From Deltaproteobacteria bacterium HGW-Deltaproteobacteria-12 (lineage in GTDB: Bacteria; Desulfobacterota; Syntrophia; Syntrophales; Smithellaceae), in assembly GCA_002840565.1 (NCBI GenBank), contig PHBK01000014.1, forward strand, positions 58,503-122,502: 64,000 nt of DNA, written 5' to 3'. The position numbers and the translations under genes are program-made. The notes below the pieces were generated by a model that made no database searches, was not told the DNA's origin, and saw nothing but the letters and a program-made list of their open reading frames with translations. Shown one piece after another: positions 32,795 through 41,451 of this stretch. Position 1 is the first letter of the stretch. Every line of letters begins with the position of its first letter.

Positions 32795-34138
32795 ATGAAA
32801 AAAAATAAAAGCCCGCAAGTTTCAAAAAAAGCATTAGGCCCTTTCGATGACAAGCCCATCGCCCTGCCCGAAGGCATCGACATGGAAGACCATGTTATCG
32901 CAACTTACTGGATTCAGGTTGATAAAGCCTGGGACATGTCGGTTCTGGGCCAGATTCTGGCCATTGAGCAGACCACCGGTACCTGGGTGCCGGTTCCCGG
33001 CGAAACGCCGGAAATCCGCGCCGGTCACGTCGCTAAAGTGATCGGTGTTTATGAAGCGCCCACTTATGAATACGCTGTGCCGCCGGAAGTTACAAACAGA
33101 CAGTATATACTGCAGATTGCCTTTCCCGCCGCCAACGTCGAAGATCAGCTGCCGATGATGCTGACTGCGGTTATCGGCAATATTTCCATGGTGCCCAATT
33201 TCAAGTTGCTGGACTTGAGGATTCCTAAAGTCACGCTGGCGCAGTATAAAGGTCCGCAATTCGGCACTGATGGCTGGTGGAAAGCGCTCGGCATAAAAAA
33301 AGGACGCCCGCTGCTCAACAATATGATTAAACCCTGCAGCGGCTATCCACTGGAAGTCGGCGCCCAGCTTTTTCGCGAAGCGGCCCTGGGAGGCTGCGAT
33401 GTGATCAAGGATGACGAACTGATCGCGAATATGCGTTATAACGATGCGGTCAAGCGCGTGAAAGCATATATGAAAATTGAGAAAGAAGTATTTGAGGAAA
33501 CAGGTGAACACACCCTTTATACGGTGAATGTTACCGATCGCCTGCCCCGGATGTTCGATCTGGCCAAACGCTGTATTGATGCCGGCGCTAATGCCATGAT
33601 GGTCAACTATCTGGCTGTCGGTCCTGAGGCCATGCGCGCTCTGGCCGATGATCCGGCCATCAATGTGCCGATTCTCGCTCATATGGACTTTGCCGGCGCT
33701 TACTACATGTCACCACAACAGGGTGTTTCCTCGCCGCTTATCCTCGGCAAGATTGCCCGCTTATGCGGAGCGGATTCCATCGTTCTGCCCTTTTCCATGG
33801 GCGGCAAGGCCATCTACATGCATGATCGTTTTATGAATACCGTGCGCAACCTCACTTATCCCATGGGTGATCTGAAGCCCACCATGCCCATGCCGTCCGG
33901 CGGCATCACCCCGGCCAATGTCGCCGATATTGTGAACGCTGTAGGCCGTGATATCATGATCGGTTCGGGCGGCGGCATTCATGCCCATCCTCAAGGTCCG
34001 AGGGCGGGCGCCCGTGCGCTGCGTCAGGCCATCGATGCCGCTGTCCAGGGCATCAAATTGGAAGAATACGCCAAGGAGCACGAAGAACTGGGAGTTGCGT
34101 TAGGGGTCTGGAATAAGAAAACAGATTTTAAAATCTAG
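32795..34138 (+). CDS. RuBisCO-like protein (form IV)
   Basis: IEQTTGTW, VIGN, RPLLNNMIKPC, GCDVIKDDE, PSGG, GGGIHAHPQG; several carboxylase residues are substituted. Confidence 0.95.
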   Translation: MKKNKSPQVSKKALGPFDDKPIALPEGIDMEDHVIATYWIQVDKAWDMSVLGQILAIEQTTGTWVPVPGETPEIRAGHVAKVIGVYEAPTYEYAVPPEVTNRQYILQIAFPAANVEDQLPMMLTAVIGNISMVPNFKLLDLRIPKVTLAQYKGPQFGTDGWWKALGIKKGRPLLNNMIKPCSGYPLEVGAQLFREAALGGCDVIKDDELIANMRYNDAVKRVKAYMKIEKEVFEETGEHTLYTVNVTDRLPRMFDLAKRCIDAGANAMMVNYLAVGPEAMRALADDPAINVPILAHMDFAGAYYMSPQQGVSSPLILGKIARLCGADSIVLPFSMGGKAIYMHDRFMNTVRNLTYPMGDLKPTMPMPSGGITPANVADIVNAVGRDIMIGSGGGIHAHPQGPRAGARALRQAIDAAVQGIKLEEYAKEHEELGVALGVWNKKTDFKI

Positions 34139-34160
34139 TTTATAAAAACATGGCCTGGAC

Positions 34161-34201
34161 AAATCCGGCAGGGTCTTTGATTGAGTCTGCCGGATTTCTT
34201 T
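34161..34201 (+). terminator. Putative intrinsic terminator after the RLP gene
   Basis: AAATCCGGCAG...CTGCCGGATTT hairpin followed by CTTT. Confidence 0.55.
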
Positions 34202-34262
34202 GGCATAATTTGGGAGAATTTTAATCTTGGATTTTTACCTGCATGATGATCCCCGCCTGCCG

Positions 34263-35297
34263 ATGGCCTGGGCACCCTGGTTTTCCCACGAATACATTGC
34301 GTACTTTGCGGGGCAGGCTGTTGACAGGCTGATGTCTTTGCCACAGGCGGCGGTAAAACCAAATCCTCATATCAGTGATCAAAACTGGCCAAGCGGTCCC
34401 AAGCATGTCGACGTATACAAGGAAGATTACCGGGAGGTCAGTCATCTGGATCCGCTGTGGTCTTTTTGTTATGCAGAACGAAATGGCAAGTTTGCTCTGG
34501 AGCCGCCATTGGATAAAACTATTGAGCCCTGGAAGGTGCTCGTTATTTACAGCACGGAGCCGGACCTGAATCCGGACTGTGATCTTGATCTCCATAAAAA
34601 TCAGAAAATAACCGGTGGATCTCATGGATGGCGGCACATGCAATTCCGGTTGCTCGGCAGGACTTTTGGCATGGCTCCCGAATCATTCCGCCTGCACATA
34701 AATTTTGCCCAAAGTGCTTTTGAAAGCGGCAACGATTATTGGGGCTGGCGTTATCTCTCCCGCGGTTCTCACTACCTGGCAGACCTGGGTAATCCCTTTC
34801 ATGTCAAAGCCTTGCCCGGCTGGCTTTTGATGAAGAAAGTTTTTTCCAGCCGCGAGCTTTTCAATATTGTTTCGGCCGTGCATCAGAGTTACGAAGTCTA
34901 TGTCGAACGCCGGTTTCGTGAGGGTTTCCCGGCATTCCAATATGCTTTATTGCAGGGAGCCCGTTCAGGTCAGGATGACCTTGATCTGCAGACGGGGTTG
35001 TCCGCATACATCAAACAGGCTGAAAAAAGACATAATACGATCTTCAATTTTTTCCTTGATCAATTCGGCAGGGAGCTGGTCGATGTTTTTGCGCAGCTGG
35101 ATCAAAACAGCCATTTGGATGTGGCGGATCAAACCAATATGTGTTCCGCGGATGCGGCCCGAGTTCTTTTTAAAGAGACCAACCTTTCCAAACTGGATTT
35201 CCTCGACAGGATAACCAGCGAGATTCTTTTCGATGTCGGCAGGATGCTGGGAAGGCTGTTTCACAGCTTTTCTTTACCGCAAAAGCGACGATCTTAA
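34263..35297 (+). CDS. Zn-dependent phospholipase C / S1-P1 nuclease-like hydrolase
   Basis: N-terminal W...H (MAWAPWFSH), EPD, HGWRH, SHYLADLGNPFH and H..YE metal-ligand pattern; no signal peptide. Start may instead be TTG 34227. Confidence 0.65.
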   Translation: MAWAPWFSHEYIAYFAGQAVDRLMSLPQAAVKPNPHISDQNWPSGPKHVDVYKEDYREVSHLDPLWSFCYAERNGKFALEPPLDKTIEPWKVLVIYSTEPDLNPDCDLDLHKNQKITGGSHGWRHMQFRLLGRTFGMAPESFRLHINFAQSAFESGNDYWGWRYLSRGSHYLADLGNPFHVKALPGWLLMKKVFSSRELFNIVSAVHQSYEVYVERRFREGFPAFQYALLQGARSGQDDLDLQTGLSAYIKQAEKRHNTIFNFFLDQFGRELVDVFAQLDQNSHLDVADQTNMCSADAARVLFKETNLSKLDFLDRITSEILFDVGRMLGRLFHSFSLPQKRRS

Positions 35298-35316
35298 ATG
35301 CCGGGCATCCTGTTTT

Positions 35317-37140
35317 CTAAGCGAGGATCTTGCCCGCCTTAATTGCGGCATTGACTTTTCCCTTGCTCAAAACCTGCTTCCCGTTGATGAAGACTGCCTC
35401 TATTCCTGCCGGTGTTTTGCTGGTTTCGGTCAGTGTATTGTTGTCCCGGACATTTTTCCAGTCCAAAACCGTGATGTCTGCCGCGAGGCCCTCTTTCAGA
35501 AAGCCGCGGTCCTTGATGCCGTATCTCTCGGCCGTGGCGCCGGACATTTTATAGACCGCCTCTTCCAGTGAAATGATCTTTTTCTCGCGGGCAAGCTGGA
35601 GGAACAAGGGGAAATTTCCGGAGAACGCCGGATTTTGCACACCGCGCAGAGCGGGCAGCGCGTCAGTCATAAACATGGAAGCAGGGTGCCGCATCAATTC
35701 TTCAACAATCGGCAGATTGCTGTAGCGGTGGTTCAGCACCGCGGCAATGCCTTTGCTTTTCTGAGCGATATCCAGAGTGCTGTCAAACCAGTCCATGCCC
35801 CGATTTTTTGCGATCTCTCCCAGGAACATGCCGTTGAATTGGTTGAGCTCTTCGCTGTGTGCGTAAGTGATTTGGATGTCATTGTATCCGAAGCCGAGGA
35901 ATCGCTGGATGAGGCCGAGTTCGCTTTTGAGCTTTTCGCGCATCTTGTTATCGCTGAATGCTTGAGGAACTTTTGCCAGGAACCACGACGGCAGAATGAC
36001 ATTGATAATTGATTGGCCGCAATGATAGGAATAGGTGTCAAACTTAACATCCACTCCCTGTTGAATAGCCCTGTCGATTCGTTTAAGCCCGTCTGCGCAT
36101 GTTTTGAAGGTTCGCGCTCCCACAAATATCAGGTGGGAAATCTGCAGCCGCACGCCGGTTTCACGGGCGATATTGAGCATTTCATCAATGGCCAGCAGAT
36201 TATGCGGTTCATAGCCGTCGAAGGGGGAAACATAATCCAGCAGTATCTTCGGTGTACTCATCGGGTATCCCGGCGAGAGCGATGAATAAGCCCGAAGATG
36301 GACCGTCAGCAATTTATTCTTACTTTTAACGAGCCTGGCGATTGCGCGCAGTTCATCGCCGGTGGCAAAAATTCCCGGCTCATACTGCAGACCGAGGGAG
36401 ACCCCGGCCGCGCCTTCATCCATTGACTGTGCCAGCAGGGCGAGCATCTCTTTCATTTCGTCCTTATTCAAGGGATCGGCCTTATAGCCGCGGATCGAGG
36501 TTCTGGTAGTACCGTGCCCCGCCAGATTTACCAAATTGTGGGTTATTCCGTTTTGTTTGAGGTGATTGAAATACTGCGCCATGCTGTCCCATTCAATGCG
36601 GAACAGGCCCATTGTCCTGTTTTCAATCTTTTCCAGGAAAGGAGTGTTTTTACGAAACCCTGCTATGCCGTGGCCGCATTGACCGGCCACAAAAGTGGTT
36701 ACACCCTGGGCTGTGAAGGGAAGCTTCAGTTCATCATGTCCTTTGATGGGCAGATACCAGTCCATGTGGGAATGCGCATCGATAATCCCCGGCATGATGA
36801 CTGACCCCGTGCAATCCACAACAGCACCGGTTGCGTTGATTTCATTGGTGGAGATTTTTTCGATTTTGTTGTCGCGGATAAGCAGATTGCCCTGAAAGCC
36901 CTTTTTCCCCGTCCCATCGGTAATAAAGCCGTTCTTCAGCAGTGTATAATCTCCGCCCACCGAAGAAATGGCGGCTTTCGTCTTCTTGCCTGATAAAGCT
37001 TTGGCATGGGCCTTTTTCTCCGTAAAGTTCAAGATGGGCAGGGCCGAAAAGAATGCAATCGCTTTCCCCGTAACGGTGAGAAATTTTCTTCGAGAGTGGC
37101 TTGTTTCGACCAACTTTTCCAATTTATTCCTGCTATTCAT
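35317..37140 (-). CDS. Tat-exported amidohydrolase, D-aminoacylase-like
   Basis: SRRKFL Tat motif with AHA cleavage site; PGIIDAHSH, GQCG, VHLR, ISHL, TD, EAV.KM. Confidence 0.88.
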   Translation of the reverse strand: MNSRNKLEKLVETSHSRRKFLTVTGKAIAFFSALPILNFTEKKAHAKALSGKKTKAAISSVGGDYTLLKNGFITDGTGKKGFQGNLLIRDNKIEKISTNEINATGAVVDCTGSVIMPGIIDAHSHMDWYLPIKGHDELKLPFTAQGVTTFVAGQCGHGIAGFRKNTPFLEKIENRTMGLFRIEWDSMAQYFNHLKQNGITHNLVNLAGHGTTRTSIRGYKADPLNKDEMKEMLALLAQSMDEGAAGVSLGLQYEPGIFATGDELRAIARLVKSKNKLLTVHLRAYSSLSPGYPMSTPKILLDYVSPFDGYEPHNLLAIDEMLNIARETGVRLQISHLIFVGARTFKTCADGLKRIDRAIQQGVDVKFDTYSYHCGQSIINVILPSWFLAKVPQAFSDNKMREKLKSELGLIQRFLGFGYNDIQITYAHSEELNQFNGMFLGEIAKNRGMDWFDSTLDIAQKSKGIAAVLNHRYSNLPIVEELMRHPASMFMTDALPALRGVQNPAFSGNFPLFLQLAREKKIISLEEAVYKMSGATAERYGIKDRGFLKEGLAADITVLDWKNVRDNNTLTETSKTPAGIEAVFINGKQVLSKGKVNAAIKAGKILA

Positions 37141-37204
37141 AATAAAACCTCCCGGGAGCGGTATTCATCAGGCAAATCAGCGATATTCAACTAAATGTCA
37201 TTTA

Positions 37205-37873
37205 TTATGATTCTTTAACCTCATGATTTCTTACAACCTTGACAAGCTCGACGATTGATTCCGGCAGGGTACTTACGGGCTTACCCGTAGATAAGGCCAG
37301 GTAATAGATATGGGCTACCTTCTCTAATAATTCCGCATGGAGAATTGCCTTTTCGATTGTTTTGCCCAGGGCCAGGATCCCATGGTTCTGGAGAATATAG
37401 GCGTTGGCGTTGTTGGATAATTTGCCGGCAACATTATGGGCCAGCTCTGAACTTCCCGAAAGGGCATAGGGGATAACATCAATGCTTGTCCCCAGGGAAA
37501 AAGCAACGTCATCAAAAAGGGGCGGGATAGACATATTCATCACGGCAAAGACGCTGCCGTATAGCTGATGGGTATGCACGACGGCGTTGGTGTCCGGTCG
37601 CTTTTGGTAGATGATGGCGTGCAGACCTGATTCCACCGACGGTTTGAGACTCATTTTCCCTTCAATAACCTCATGGTCAAAGCCCACAACACAGATATCG
37701 GATGCTTTGAGGTCCTGATATTTTACCGACGAAGGAGTAATGGCCATGGCCGATTCAGTGACACGGACCGAAACGTTGCCGCCGGTGCCCCTGTGCGATC
37801 CGAAATAGCCCTTTTCGGAAAGCCAAAGGCTGGCCTCCAGTACATTCTTTTTGAATTTTTCATATTTGGCCAT
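37205..37873 (-). CDS. Class II (Zn) aldolase, FucA/adducin family
   Basis: GNVSVR, ITPS, PSVE..LH, VVHTH, LQNHG. Confidence 0.92.
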   Translation of the reverse strand: MAKYEKFKKNVLEASLWLSEKGYFGSHRGTGGNVSVRVTESAMAITPSSVKYQDLKASDICVVGFDHEVIEGKMSLKPSVESGLHAIIYQKRPDTNAVVHTHQLYGSVFAVMNMSIPPLFDDVAFSLGTSIDVIPYALSGSSELAHNVAGKLSNNANAYILQNHGILALGKTIEKAILHAELLEKVAHIYYLALSTGKPVSTLPESIVELVKVVRNHEVKES

Positions 37874-38017
37874 AGGCTTCAGGTAATCCCCTTCTTTTTA
37901 TATTTCAGTTTTTTAATTTTAACACATTAAATCATTTAAATAAATACCAACAATGTTGCATAAAAGGCAGAAAAATTAATTTAATGTTAAATAAATATTA
38001 GAAGCAGAAAATATTTA

Positions 38018-38049
38018 TTGACTTCAGAATTTAATAGTATAAACTTAAT
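38018..38049 (+). promoter_or_regulatory. Shared promoter/operator motif, copy 3
   Basis: TTGACTTcagAATTTAAtagtaTAAACTTAAT upstream of the porin gene. Confidence 0.65.
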
Positions 38050-38232
38050 CTATATAAATCAATGCTTTCGCTGGCTTTTTCATCACTCACAAAAAAGGAA
38101 AGCATGGCCATAAATTTAACTGAAAGCATTTTTCCCGAGTGAGGTAATTAGCAAGGGGAAAGACGTCTATAAAGAACGCTCTCTTTAAGACAAGCGTTTC
38201 AAGTTCAATAAATTTTCTTAGGAGGGAAGAAA

Positions 38233-39687
38233 ATGAAGAGATTCTGGTTAGTTTTGCTGTCACTGGGGCTGGTTATGGCCTTTAGTGCTCAGGCCTTCGC
38301 TGTTGAGGTAAAGTTCAGCGGCTCTTTCTATGCTGCTGGTATGTACCTGGATAAGACAAATGTCTTGAAGACAGATAATGTCTATTTCGATCCCACAATT
38401 CTGGCGCTCAGAACTGTGCAACCGGGAACAAACACGGCCTTTTATTTTCAGAGACTGCGCGTAGAGACAGAATTCGTAATTTCTCCCGGCCTTTCTATGG
38501 TTACACGTTTTGACGCCATGGAAAGAGCGTGGGGTGCCACAAGAACAGCTGCGGGAACATCCCTCGATGCAGCTTCATCAGGCACTACGGCGGAAAATCA
38601 GAACATTGCCTTCGACTGGGCATACGCCCAGTGGTTGTCTCCCATCGGTTATGTTATGGCCGGCTATATGGACGATGGCGGATGGGGAACCGAATTTGGC
38701 GATAGCTCGACGCCGCTGGCCAAAGTTCAATTTGCCACAAAGCTCGGCGATGTAGCCATTGGGGTTTACACCGGCAAGGTAGTGGAATTAAGCAGAACCG
38801 CTAGTTATCCGGCGGGCTTGGCCGATAATGATACCGATCAGTATGTGGCCTTTGTTGATTACGGCGGCAAAAACATCAGCGCCGGTCTTCTCTATTCTTA
38901 CTATCGTGCAGCGCAGTATAAGGCCATACCTGCAGTGGCTTTAGTTGCCTATGGATTCACTCCCTCCACAATTCTGGCAAAGGCTCACCAGTTGAATCCT
39001 TATGCCAAAGCCAAAATCGGGCCGGTCTCCGTCGAAGCGGAACTAAAGTACCTGTTTGGCACGGCGGAATATGAAGATGGAGTAGTCGGAAGTGATTTTA
39101 AGCTATCCATGCTTGCGGCTTATGTCGGTGCCACGGTTGATGCGGGACCGGTATATTTGGGCGGCAAATTTGCCTACATCTCCGGCGATAATCAGGACAC
39201 TTCCGACAAATTGGAAGGCGGACAGATTGGCGGCGGTTGGGACTGGAACCCCTGTTTGATCATGTTTAATTATGATCGCAGCTACTGGGCAGGTGCGCTC
39301 CCCGGTTATGGGGGAGCTTGGCCTCCCGGCGCTATTAACGGTGTAGACAGCGGCAGCGGACTCTTTGGAGCCGTGGGAATGACAAATGCCTGGTTTGGCC
39401 AGGGATTCATCGGTGTTCGTCCGACCTCCGCTCTGGATATCAGACTGTCTGTTGCTTACGCTGCCGCCGATCAGAGGCCGATAGATATAGTTACCGCTAC
39501 AAAGTATATTGGTAACGTTTACGGCTGGGAAGTTGACGTTGTCGGCAATTACAAAATCACCAAAAACCTCTCCTATATGGTGGGTTTTGGCTACTGGTTT
39601 GTGGGTGACTATTTCAAAGGCTACACAACGGGCAATGAAGTGAATAACGACTACCTGATTATTAACAAGCTGACTCTCACCTTTTAA
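38233..39687 (+). CDS. Outer-membrane beta-barrel (porin-like) protein
   Basis: Signal peptide ending AFA, QRLR, alternating aromatic strands, C-terminal KLTLTF. Confidence 0.8.
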   Translation: MKRFWLVLLSLGLVMAFSAQAFAVEVKFSGSFYAAGMYLDKTNVLKTDNVYFDPTILALRTVQPGTNTAFYFQRLRVETEFVISPGLSMVTRFDAMERAWGATRTAAGTSLDAASSGTTAENQNIAFDWAYAQWLSPIGYVMAGYMDDGGWGTEFGDSSTPLAKVQFATKLGDVAIGVYTGKVVELSRTASYPAGLADNDTDQYVAFVDYGGKNISAGLLYSYYRAAQYKAIPAVALVAYGFTPSTILAKAHQLNPYAKAKIGPVSVEAELKYLFGTAEYEDGVVGSDFKLSMLAAYVGATVDAGPVYLGGKFAYISGDNQDTSDKLEGGQIGGGWDWNPCLIMFNYDRSYWAGALPGYGGAWPPGAINGVDSGSGLFGAVGMTNAWFGQGFIGVRPTSALDIRLSVAYAAADQRPIDIVTATKYIGNVYGWEVDVVGNYKITKNLSYMVGFGYWFVGDYFKGYTTGNEVNNDYLIINKLTLTF

Positions 39688-39712
39688 GACAAGAACCGCC
39701 TTAAGGTTAATT

Positions 39713-39748
39713 TAAAGCCCCGGGAATTTAATTCCCGGGGCTTTTTAA
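39713..39748 (+). terminator. Rho-independent terminator
   Basis: AAAGCCCCGGGAAT-tta-ATTCCCGGGGCTTTTT. Confidence 0.9.
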
Positions 39749-39815
39749 TAATTATGCAGCCCGCTGATGGCCGAACGATCAAGCAATCATGATTTAATAA
39801 CTATAGAGGAACAAA

Positions 39816-40439
39816 ATGGCAATCATATTTAAGATTTTCTCCGACTATATCTGACCATTCTGTTACATTGGCAAGGGCATTGTCGACCGATTGAAGAAAG
39901 AATATGCCATTGATGATACCTGGGTGAGTTACGAGCTTCATCCGGAGACGCCATCCGCCGGAATATTGCTGTCCGAAAGATTCAAGGGTTATGACCTCTC
40001 TTCCTTTTATGATCAGTTGCGCATCCGCGGGAAAGAATTCGGTGTTGCGTTTGGCAGCCACACGCTTCTTTCCAATTCGCGGCTGGCGCTGATGGCATCA
40101 GAATTTGCCCGTGATCAAGGTTTGTATGAGTCTTTTCATGAGAACGTGTTTCATGCGTATTTTACGGAAGCCCTGAATATCGGCAATCCGGATGTTATTG
40201 CCGCCGTTGCCGGGAAGAGCGGCCTCAAGGCAGAAGAGACCCTCAGCGCCTTGCGCAATGGAAGTTATGCTTCACGTTTAAACAACGCCCGAAAAGAAGG
40301 TCAATTGACCGGTTTGACCGGTGTGCCCCTGTTTATAATAGATAACAAATATAAAATTGTTGGAGCCCAGCCGATTACAGTATTCCGTGATCTGCTCGAT
40401 GGAATAAATGAAAGTCGGGAGGAGAATGCTAAGAAATAA
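39816..40439 (+). CDS. DsbA/FrnE-family thiol oxidoreductase, selenoprotein (UxxC)
   Basis: ATG 39816 after GAGGA; MAIIFKIFSDYI-TGA(39852)-PFCYIGKG is in frame with the ORF at 39891 (YELHPE, GVPLFII, GAQP). A hairpin starts 13 nt after the UGA. Confidence 0.85.
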
Positions 40440-40661
40440 CTGCTGTTGAATTAAAAATTAATAATTATTCTGCTGAACATTCAGCATTTCCGCATATAGA
40501 TGACAGACCATGCCCGGATTTTCCGGCAAACGAGTCATGATCAATTTTCATGCCATTTAGACATTAAATTGTTTCCCGTTATAAGAAATCGCTACTGATT
40601 TGCACCTTATCACTTCATGACTATATTATTCCCCTATGGTTAATTTTAAAGGGGAGTTATT

Positions 40662-41255
40662 ATGAAAATATTGATGTTAAGTTTCTTGATTTTATTGACA
40701 ACGATTGCTTGCCAGAATTTCGGCGGAAGTGCACCGCCGGAAAAAAGCAACATAGGGGAAAAGAAGGAGGTAAAAGTGAAAAACGAAAATTCGACAAACG
40801 TCAGAACTGATCAAGTGAATACTTCCGACTGGAAGAACTTTAAAAAACCGGACAATGAAACATTGCAGAAAACTCTTTCCTCACTCCAGTATAGAGTAAC
40901 TCAAAAGGAAGGGACAGAAATGCCTCATTTCAATGAATATGATAAAAATTATCGGGAAGGCATTTACCTTGATATTGTTTCCGGTGAACCACTTTTCAGT
41001 TCCCAAGATAAATACGATTCCGGAACAGGCTGGCCAAGTTTTACAAAGCCGCTGGAACCGGGCAATGTTGTGAAATCACCCCACGACTTGGAAGTGAAAA
41101 GTAAACGCGCCGGCTCTCATCTCGGGCATGTCTTCCCTGATGGACCAGCGCCGACGGGATTACGTTATTGCATGAATTCTGCCGCTCTGCGTTTCATTCC
41201 TAAGGAAGACTTGGAAAAGAGCGGTTATGGAGAGTATCGGAAGCTGTTTAAATAG
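40662..41255 (+). CDS. msrB: Peptide methionine sulfoxide reductase B with lipoprotein-type signal
   Basis: [36 protein letters not shown]; N-terminal LLTTIAC. Confidence 0.92.
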   Translation: MKILMLSFLILLTTIACQNFGGSAPPEKSNIGEKKEVKVKNENSTNVRTDQVNTSDWKNFKKPDNETLQKTLSSLQYRVTQKEGTEMPHFNEYDKNYREGIYLDIVSGEPLFSSQDKYDSGTGWPSFTKPLEPGNVVKSPHDLEVKSKRAGSHLGHVFPDGPAPTGLRYCMNSAALRFIPKEDLEKSGYGEYRKLFK

Positions 41256-41451
41256 AGCTTGTAATCAGGTTTAAAAAGAAAGGGTTTCCCCATTTTTCTG
41301 AATTATAAAATCAGTCGGAAACCAGCAGGCTTCTAAATCTGCAATAGACGATTTTGATCGAATTGTGCAACAAATATGCAAATTCCGAATCATATTGACA
41401 TCAGCCTGAAAAATGTGTTCTTGTAAATTTAGATAATCGGGGAGAAAGAAT

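Noticed and set aside
32834-33682. 282-aa minus-strand ORF
   Set aside because: Antisense shadow of the RLP gene.
32795-34138. Bona fide CO2-fixing RuBisCO (KDDE motif present)
   Set aside because: K177, R295 and H327 equivalents are substituted, and there is no small subunit, PRK or AMP-pathway gene nearby.
39690-39780. Fluoride-riboswitch-like words (AACCGCC, GCTGATGG)
   Set aside because: The 5' GATGG pseudoknot strand is absent and a terminator lies between the words.
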